Source: Candidatus Moraniibacteriota bacterium
GTDB taxonomy: Bacteria > Patescibacteriota > Minisyncoccia > Moranbacterales > UBA1568
Reading direction: 5' to 3'
Length of the DNA: 64,000 nucleotides
Assembly (NCBI GenBank): GCA_049287005.1
Contig: JBAQEZ010000003.1
Location: 605,670 to 669,669 of the forward strand
The translations under genes and the position numbers were made by a program. The notes below the pieces were generated by a model. It was not told where the DNA came from. It searched no databases and was given only the letters and a program-made list of their open reading frames with translations. Below, piece by piece: positions 58,026-64,000 of the stretch; within the stretch, counting starts at the first letter, position 1, and the number at the start of each line of letters is the position of its first letter.

Positions 58026-59927
58026 CTATTCGAGTATCGCCTTGATACGCCGGACGCCGGCGGATGAAGCCTCTTCTTTGATAATCTTGAACTTTCCTTT
58101 GATATCGCCCGTATTGGTGACATGCGGGCCTCCGCATAATTCTTGCGAATACACTGTGCCATCGTCGCATTTCACTATATAAGCCGTCACTTTATCCGGG
58201 TACTTTTCCCAAAAACTCCCCTCAACGCCGGCTGCCTTGGCTTTCTCTTTCTCCATGACTTCCGTCGTCATGTCGCATTTTTTGCCGATCGCTTCATTAA
58301 CATAGGCCTCCACTTTATCCAAAATGTCACGCTCCACTTTCCGCGCAGAAGTGAAGTCAAATCGCGTCCGTTCTTCAGTGATATTGGAGCCTGCCTGATG
58401 AACATCATTGCCCAAATACTTGCGCAATCCAGCCAGCAGAAGATGCGTAGCCGTATGGAGCATGGTCGTTTTCTCACCGTGATCAGCGAGACCTCCCTTG
58501 AACTTTCCGGCACTGGCCGTACGGGAAAGCTCTTGGTGCCGGGCAAACTCTTGCTGAAATTCTTCTTTGTTGATCGTGATGCCTTTTTCTTGCGCGATTT
58601 CCGCTGTCATCTCCAGCGGAAAGCCGTACGTGGAAAACAATTCGAACGCGTCTCGGCCGGTCAGCTCCGCCAGACTCAAACGCTTTTCGAGTTCTTTCAT
58701 GCCGCGCGTCAGCGTCTCACGGAATTTCGCTTCTTCCCCATCGATCACGGAAACGATGCCCGGCTCTTTTTCTGCCAGATACGGGTACGCATCCCGATAT
58801 TCCGCCACTAGGGCCGCCACGCACCCCGGCAGCGACTGCGGCGCGATATCGAGCGTATCCGCGTAACGGACCGCCCGGCGGAGCAACCGCCGCAGGACGT
58901 AGCCCTGATCCGTATTGGACGGCAAGACCCCGTCGGCGATCAGAAACGTCGCGGCGCGCATATGGTCCATCAGGACGCGAAAGGCATAGGTATACTGTGC
59001 ATCGGCGCCGTATTGCTTCCCGGAAAGCTCCTCGACAGCCCCGCGCAAAGCATCGAAAATATACCCCAAGAACACATCCGGATCATCCTGCTTGGCAACG
59101 ATGAGCCGCTCCAGTCCGCCTCCGAAATCGACGTTTTTCTGCGCGAGTTTTTCGAAACCGGCGGCAGTCTTTCTATATTCCATGAAAACATTGTTGCCGA
59201 TTTCTACGAACCGGCCGCAGTCGCAGTTCACATGGCAGGGTTCGTTTTTCCAGACGGATTTTTCATGCATCCCGTGCTCCGTGCCGAAGTCCCAGAACAT
59301 TTCCGTGTCCGGTCCGCCCGGCTCGCCTTCTGGCATATTGCCCGGTACGCCGGCCCGACTCCACCAGTTTTTCTTTTCGGAATAATAAAAGATCTTTTCC
59401 CCGTCACGCATGCCATCCTGTTCCGGGTTCTCGCCGATTTTCACCTCGATCCCTTTCGAGGCGAATAATTTTTGCCACGCTTCGGCTGATTCCGTGTCCT
59501 TAGGGATACCCAAGCTCTCGTTGCCGCGGAAACACGTGAAACACAGGCGCTTGGGGTCGAGACCCAGTTCCTCCACCAAAAATTCCCACATCCAGGCGAT
59601 CTGCTCTTCTTTGAAATAACCCGGCTCGCCGATGCCGTCGGCCGAGGTCGGATCTCCGAACGACCAGTTGCCGAGCATCTCGAAAAACGTCGTATGGCGG
59701 TTGTCGCCCACTTCTTCGATATCCTGGGTGCGGAAACATTTCTGTGAATCCGCAATGCGCGCGCCGAGCGGATGCGGCGCGCCGAGGAGATACGGCAAAA
59801 TCGGCTGCATCCCGGATCCGGTGAAGAGCGTGGTCGGATCATTTTCCGGAACGAGCGGAGCCGAAGCGATGACTGCATGCTTTCTCTTCGCAAAGAAATC
59901 TAAATAGGCTTTTCTGATATCTTTCAT
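58026..59927 (-). CDS. alaS: alanine--tRNA ligase (short form lacking the C-terminal C-Ala domain)
   Basis: MKDIRKAYLDFF..., a class II catalytic core, and the editing HTATHLL...CGGPHV. The call ends at about 633 aa. Confidence 0.85.
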   Translation of the reverse strand: MKDIRKAYLDFFAKRKHAVIASAPLVPENDPTTLFTGSGMQPILPYLLGAPHPLGARIADSQKCFRTQDIEEVGDNRHTTFFEMLGNWSFGDPTSADGIGEPGYFKEEQIAWMWEFLVEELGLDPKRLCFTCFRGNESLGIPKDTESAEAWQKLFASKGIEVKIGENPEQDGMRDGEKIFYYSEKKNWWSRAGVPGNMPEGEPGGPDTEMFWDFGTEHGMHEKSVWKNEPCHVNCDCGRFVEIGNNVFMEYRKTAAGFEKLAQKNVDFGGGLERLIVAKQDDPDVFLGYIFDALRGAVEELSGKQYGADAQYTYAFRVLMDHMRAATFLIADGVLPSNTDQGYVLRRLLRRAVRYADTLDIAPQSLPGCVAALVAEYRDAYPYLAEKEPGIVSVIDGEEAKFRETLTRGMKELEKRLSLAELTGRDAFELFSTYGFPLEMTAEIAQEKGITINKEEFQQEFARHQELSRTASAGKFKGGLADHGEKTTMLHTATHLLLAGLRKYLGNDVHQAGSNITEERTRFDFTSARKVERDILDKVEAYVNEAIGKKCDMTTEVMEKEKAKAAGVEGSFWEKYPDKVTAYIVKCDDGTVYSQELCGGPHVTNTGDIKGKFKIIKEEASSAGVRRIKAILE

Positions 59928-59952
59928 AAGCAGGTCTTTCATTCGAGTTACC

Positions 59953-60186
59953 CTAAGCGCGTTGCAAGCGTTTTTCAATTTCAGCGAAATCATGGCGGTC
60001 GATGGTATCGGTTTCCTTATAGAGTGCTTCCAATCTCTCAATAGCCGCAGAGATATCTGCCTTTCCGCTGCTATAATCGCGCGCCAACGCATTCAAATCC
60101 GCTGTGCCGAAACTGGAAAGATGTGGCTCTTTCGAGCTGATCACCGCGGCAACGATGCTTTTGAATTTATCCGAGGTCATACGCAA
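59953..60186 (-). CDS. small hypothetical protein
   Basis: A 77-aa ORF upstream of alaS. Confidence 0.4.
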   Translation of the reverse strand: MRMTSDKFKSIVAAVISSKEPHLSSFGTADLNALARDYSSGKADISAAIERLEALYKETDTIDRHDFAEIEKRLQRA

Positions 60187-60201
60187 ACGTACACAAAAAA
60201 A

Positions 60202-60471
60202 TTAAAGGCTGTTCATCTGTTTTTTCGCACGCATAATTTCTTCCTCTATCAGCTCCACTTCTCTGGTAGAAGAACGAAAAGCCATTTCTTTGCTGTCCAA
60301 GTCCGCTTTGAGATGAGCAATTTCTGATTGTATCTGGCGAATTTCCGTCTGCAGAGCGCTCTCTGCGCGCTCCAGCCGTTTCTTGTCAACCTGCAAAGAA
60401 AATAAGGCCAATTGAGCCTCCCGGATCGCCGTCTGACGATGGGCGTTTTCTGCGGTACGATTATCCCTCAT
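60202..60471 (-). CDS. coiled-coil protein (possible division-associated)
   Basis: A heptad-rich 89-aa ORF between the ftsA cluster and alaS. Confidence 0.4.
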   Translation of the reverse strand: MRDNRTAENAHRQTAIREAQLALFSLQVDKKRLERAESALQTEIRQIQSEIAHLKADLDSKEMAFRSSTREVELIEEEIMRAKKQMNSL

Positions 60472-60525
60472 AGTTGTACAGTGCTAAAAATATCCTGTCA
60501 ATCATGGCTCAAAACCCCACAAGAT

Positions 60526-62436
60526 TTATGGACCGTCTTCACTCGGCTCAACCACAAGAGTCACCCGCTTCTGAGAATTGGGGATACTCTCCGCGAACCA
60601 CTGGGGATGAAAAATGACTTGAATATTTTTTACCTCCGGAAAACTCTCCAGTACTTGCTTGATGCCGTCTTCATTTTTCCCCAGAAGCATCACCTGTAAT
60701 TTCTCCTTATCGATATCCGATTCCATGGTGACAAGAGCGTGCGCTCTGACTCGGAGCGTGCCCGAAGCGAAGTCCGCCGAAGAGTCGCCATAGGTGATAC
60801 TCGAAAAAACCGGCCGGAAGCGCATTCCCTGAAAATTTTTCTCACTGGCGCCTGCTACTTTCTCTTTGACTACTTTTTCTGAAAAAGCAAACGCGCGCAC
60901 CCTGAACGTCCCCCGGTAATCAAACGCGCTCGCTACTGTACCGATCGATGGCAAATCAGGAGCAACCAGCGGGACGATATCCAGCTCCTCATCCAGTATT
61001 TTCTCATCTGATGCCAAGGCGTCACGGATCCCACTCAAAAAATCTCCTTTCGCTTTTTCTGTCGCCTCGCGGAGCGCCGCATCCACATCAACCTTCGTCA
61101 CGACAGCGACATCAGATACGCCTCCACTCCCTCCGCCCGTCATGGCTTTCGTGGATTTGGCGGAAAACTTGTCATATTTCGCCCCCCCCTTGAAACCAGG
61201 GATAGTAAACGTCGTCGCCTCGATATTGTATTCTGCTCCTGCCTGATCAGCGATGACAGTTGCCTCTCTGGCTCCCGACTCATTGCCAGCCATCGCCGGA
61301 ACAGTCACGCCGCCCTGCAGTCGGAAAATTTTTCCATCAGCGGTTTCCAGCCGAGTGGTCGCCACCAAAGACTGCGGTTCGGTATTATAATTGTTATACA
61401 GGATGACTGTTCCGTGGGCTTTCTGATTTGCTCCTCCGGATTTGCCAGTCGTCGCGACAGTCACGGCCACTTCTATGTCTTTTTCAAGCATGCGCACAGG
61501 AAAAACATCTTCCTCAGACAATACGCTGTCAGCTGTGCCATTGAATTCCGTATCAATGGTTTGGACGATTCGGTACGGCGTCACATGCACTTCTGCCTTC
61601 GGAAGCACGAAGAAGAGCACCACTGCCACGAGAGATAGCAGCGAAATACCCCCCAAGATAAAAAATATCATGTGCGCCTTCTTGCCAACGGTCGCTTGAG
61701 GCGCAGACGCTGACACCCTTTGCGTTGTGACAGCTGGCGCAGCCGGTATGGTTCCGTTGTAAAAGTTTTTTAACCGTTCGCCGTTATCTTGCCGCGGCAT
61801 CTGCTGAGACACCGGAACAGATGGCTGAGGAGAAGCGGGCGAGGCATATCCGGAGAGAGGCGGCACATCCGCCAGACGCGGCCGTATCGACATCGTTTGT
61901 GACGGAGCGTTCTGCTCGAAGCGTTTGGAATTGAGACTCGTCAAGGTTTCTGGGGAAGCGTTACGCACGCGTAGCGAGGTGCCGGCTTGCGGCGCAATCG
62001 TCAGCGGAGGCACACTGCCCGCGCCAGCTGGCGCGGCCTCCTGCGCGTAAAAATCAACACTGCCGATAGCATTGGAATGCGGCATATGCTCTTCTACCGA
62101 AACAAGTGCTTTCGGCAACGATTGAGGCATGGCAGCCACCTTTTGAGAAGTCAACTCGAGATGAGCAGCTTTCTGGGAAAAATCTTCTGAATAGTTTTCT
62201 GTCTCAATCCCCGCTTTTGCGGCCAACATTCTGCCGACTTCATCCTGACTGACAACGGTGATCTTCTTGCCCAATTTCTCCGCTTCGCGCTGGAAAAGTC
62301 GCAGGTTGATGATGCTCTGCAACACCAGGGCGCGCTTCGGAAAAACAAAGATATTCTCTTCCGCGGAAGATTTGCGTAAACGGCCGATAACCGAGATAAT
62401 CTCTTCGTCGGATTCGATATAGAAGGTCTGTGACAT
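60526..62436 (-). CDS. bitopic membrane protein with an N-terminal cytoplasmic domain, a Pro-rich linker and a C-terminal extracytoplasmic domain (FtsA-associated)
   Basis: It follows ftsA with a 40-nt gap, and a TM helix sits near residue 250. Confidence 0.5.
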   Translation of the reverse strand: MSQTFYIESDEEIISVIGRLRKSSAEENIFVFPKRALVLQSIINLRLFQREAEKLGKKITVVSQDEVGRMLAAKAGIETENYSEDFSQKAAHLELTSQKVAAMPQSLPKALVSVEEHMPHSNAIGSVDFYAQEAAPAGAGSVPPLTIAPQAGTSLRVRNASPETLTSLNSKRFEQNAPSQTMSIRPRLADVPPLSGYASPASPQPSVPVSQQMPRQDNGERLKNFYNGTIPAAPAVTTQRVSASAPQATVGKKAHMIFFILGGISLLSLVAVVLFFVLPKAEVHVTPYRIVQTIDTEFNGTADSVLSEEDVFPVRMLEKDIEVAVTVATTGKSGGANQKAHGTVILYNNYNTEPQSLVATTRLETADGKIFRLQGGVTVPAMAGNESGAREATVIADQAGAEYNIEATTFTIPGFKGGAKYDKFSAKSTKAMTGGGSGGVSDVAVVTKVDVDAALREATEKAKGDFLSGIRDALASDEKILDEELDIVPLVAPDLPSIGTVASAFDYRGTFRVRAFAFSEKVVKEKVAGASEKNFQGMRFRPVFSSITYGDSSADFASGTLRVRAHALVTMESDIDKEKLQVMLLGKNEDGIKQVLESFPEVKNIQVIFHPQWFAESIPNSQKRVTLVVEPSEDGP

Positions 62437-62475
62437 AAAACTTTGTATACAATATTTTTTACGTATTCCGCTTAA

Positions 62476-63744
62476 TTATTTTTTTTCTATAGATTCCATG
62501 CTTCTGCGTAAAATACTCGAGAGCATTTTTTCCTCTTCAATATGATCCAACAAAGCGAGATGGGCAAGTCCGATGGGGGTAATATCTTGGGGATTGTTCA
62601 GCTCACCGGTCGCGTCCACGATGCGCGCGACATCACGCGGCTGCAAAAATCCGACCTGCGGCTGTTTGGCGAACGGGAGGCCTTGCACCCATTCCGGAGA
62701 GAGGAGCGCCTGCTTGATACCGGGCAAAGCGGAACCGCCGCCGCACAGGAAAATCCGCGATGGCAAAAGATCGGTCTCCGCGAACTCCAAGAGGGATAAC
62801 TCGACTCCGCCAAGCCAGACGCGACAATCGTCAGCATACAGAAGCGAGATACGCGTTCCATCCTCATTCTTCAGCCGACCATTGGCATAATCGATCTTCA
62901 TCTGTTCAGCGACATCGAAACTGAGATGAAATTCCTGCGCCAGACGCTTCGTAAAGGCTCGCCCGCCCAGCGCGAACATTTTCGTCCCTTCCAGGCCGCC
63001 GTTGCGCACGACCGCGATATCCGTCGTACCTCCGCCGATATCGATAAAAATAGCGCTGAAATCCAGCATGTCTTCTACTTCGATGGAACGTGCTACCGCA
63101 TAGGGCTCAGCCGCGATAGATAGCAGATCCAAATCCAGCTCGTCAGCGATCGTCTGCAGCGCTCCCAGATGGATCATCGGCGCGTAAGCATTAAACACGC
63201 TCATCGAAACATCGCGCCCCTGAAAGTTGACCGGATTCAAGATATGGTACCCATCGATGCGCACATCCACGATAGCCGCATTGATCAGTTTCACATCGAT
63301 ATCATCCTGCCCAGTTTCCCATGCCAGCTGCCGCTTGATCCGTTGGTAGGCTTTTTCCTGAACCTTCTGAATGATCATCTTCAGCTCCGGGATGCCGATG
63401 TGCATTTCAGGGTTGACACGATCATAATGTACGGTCGTCGTTGTCCCCTTCACCAGCTCGCCGGCGATGCCGATGATGCTTTTTTCGACGCGTTTCACGC
63501 CGGCCTTTTCTTTAGCCAGCAGAATCGCCTCGCGTGAAGATTTGATCACGCCATTGATATCCGATACGGCACCGCTTTGCATATTACCGATTTTCTGAGG
63601 CACGCGCCCCACGCCGATTACCACTCCGTGCTTTTGATCTTTATCGACACGAAAAATCAGAGCTTTCACCACTTCCGTCCCTATATCGAGAGCCAGAATC
63701 AGATCCGCATCTTTGCTCCACGGCAATTTTGAAAAAATGCCCAT
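62476..63744 (-). CDS. ftsA: cell-division protein FtsA (actin-like ATPase)
   Basis: ILALDIGTEVVKAL, DIGGGTTDIAV and an SHS2 insert. Confidence 0.75.
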   Translation of the reverse strand: MGIFSKLPWSKDADLILALDIGTEVVKALIFRVDKDQKHGVVIGVGRVPQKIGNMQSGAVSDINGVIKSSREAILLAKEKAGVKRVEKSIIGIAGELVKGTTTTVHYDRVNPEMHIGIPELKMIIQKVQEKAYQRIKRQLAWETGQDDIDVKLINAAIVDVRIDGYHILNPVNFQGRDVSMSVFNAYAPMIHLGALQTIADELDLDLLSIAAEPYAVARSIEVEDMLDFSAIFIDIGGGTTDIAVVRNGGLEGTKMFALGGRAFTKRLAQEFHLSFDVAEQMKIDYANGRLKNEDGTRISLLYADDCRVWLGGVELSLLEFAETDLLPSRIFLCGGGSALPGIKQALLSPEWVQGLPFAKQPQVGFLQPRDVARIVDATGELNNPQDITPIGLAHLALLDHIEEEKMLSSILRRSMESIEKK

Positions 63745-63756
63745 ACGAACGCTCCT

Positions 63757-64000
63757 TTAATTTAAACGCTCCGGAATAATCGTTTCTATGCTCTTGTGCA
63801 TATCATGTCGCGATAGCAGTCCCAGGATGGCTCCGTACTCGCCCACCACGCTCCCGCTATTGGCCATACCATACCGGAGTGCCTGCTCAATAGACTGACC
63901 ATCAAGAAGCGCCGCAAAAAATCCGGATCCGAAAGCGTCCCCGCAGCCCGTACTATCCACCACGCCATGTTTCGTATGAATGGGGCAATACCAATATTCC
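63757..64000 (-). CDS. PfkB-family carbohydrate kinase, C-terminal part (the gene continues beyond the window)
   Basis: The GCGDAF anion-hole motif near the C-terminus. Confidence 0.6.
   Translation of the reverse strand, partial: EYWYCPIHTKHGVVDSTGCGDAFGSGFFAALLDGQSIEQALRYGMANSGSVVGEYGAILGLLSRHDMHKSIETIIPERLN

Noticed and set aside
1-64000. CRISPR array or rRNA genes
   Set aside because: No short regularly spaced direct repeats were found, and no 16S or 23S signature sequences.

Overview
The window has three parts. (1) 1–8.2 kb is a mostly moderate-GC segment with an AT-rich pocket at 0.43–2.5 kb that holds an unusually long tRNA (about 115 nt). It carries a partial alpha/beta hydrolase, a GGDEF cyclase, a Cas4-like Fe–S PD-(D/E)XK nuclease, a sortase, and two LPNxG-anchored surface proteins. 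(2) About 8.8–34.4 kb is a low-GC accretion of mobile DNA ending at a minus-strand tRNA-Gln(CUG) at 34293–34366. It contains two partial direct repeats of the tRNA-Gln 3' end (10014–10028 and 12712–12745). Each repeat sits next to a roughly 100-nt structured repeat (R1, R2) showing hairpin covariation, and a 27-nt intercistronic motif is present five times. Cargo includes def, panD, an SDR and a candidate Abi/HEPN gene. There is also a LexA/CI-like repressor divergent from an operon of a lamin-tail-domain protein, a PD-(D/E)XK nuclease-like protein, and a tandem zinc-ribbon protein, plus a phage packaging/integration module (ParB–methyltransferase, TerS, TerL, large serine recombinase) without structural genes. 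The most unusual cargo is a co-directional operon encoding a complete but divergent Hsp70 system: a membrane-anchored GrpE-like protein, an 837-aa Hsp70 with a non-canonical C-terminus, and a J-like protein lacking HPD. With it come two membrane proteins sharing an N-terminal LDIDL[DG]FLDKKD motif and an AAA+ ATPase. (3) 34.4–64 kb is a higher-GC housekeeping core: ftsEX, prfB with its +1 frameshift site, tRNA-Thr, glgC, engB, the hrcA-grpE-dnaK operon with a CIRCE element, yidD, corA, cysS, dnaB, recR, rplU, a LuxI-like acyl synthase, a short alaS and ftsA. No CRISPR array or rRNA gene was found. The gene content and style (sortase, short AlaS, small genes, mixed GC) would fit a Patescibacteria/CPR-like bacterium, but that is inference. 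All calls rest on reading motifs in the ORF translations and the DNA; no database searches were run.
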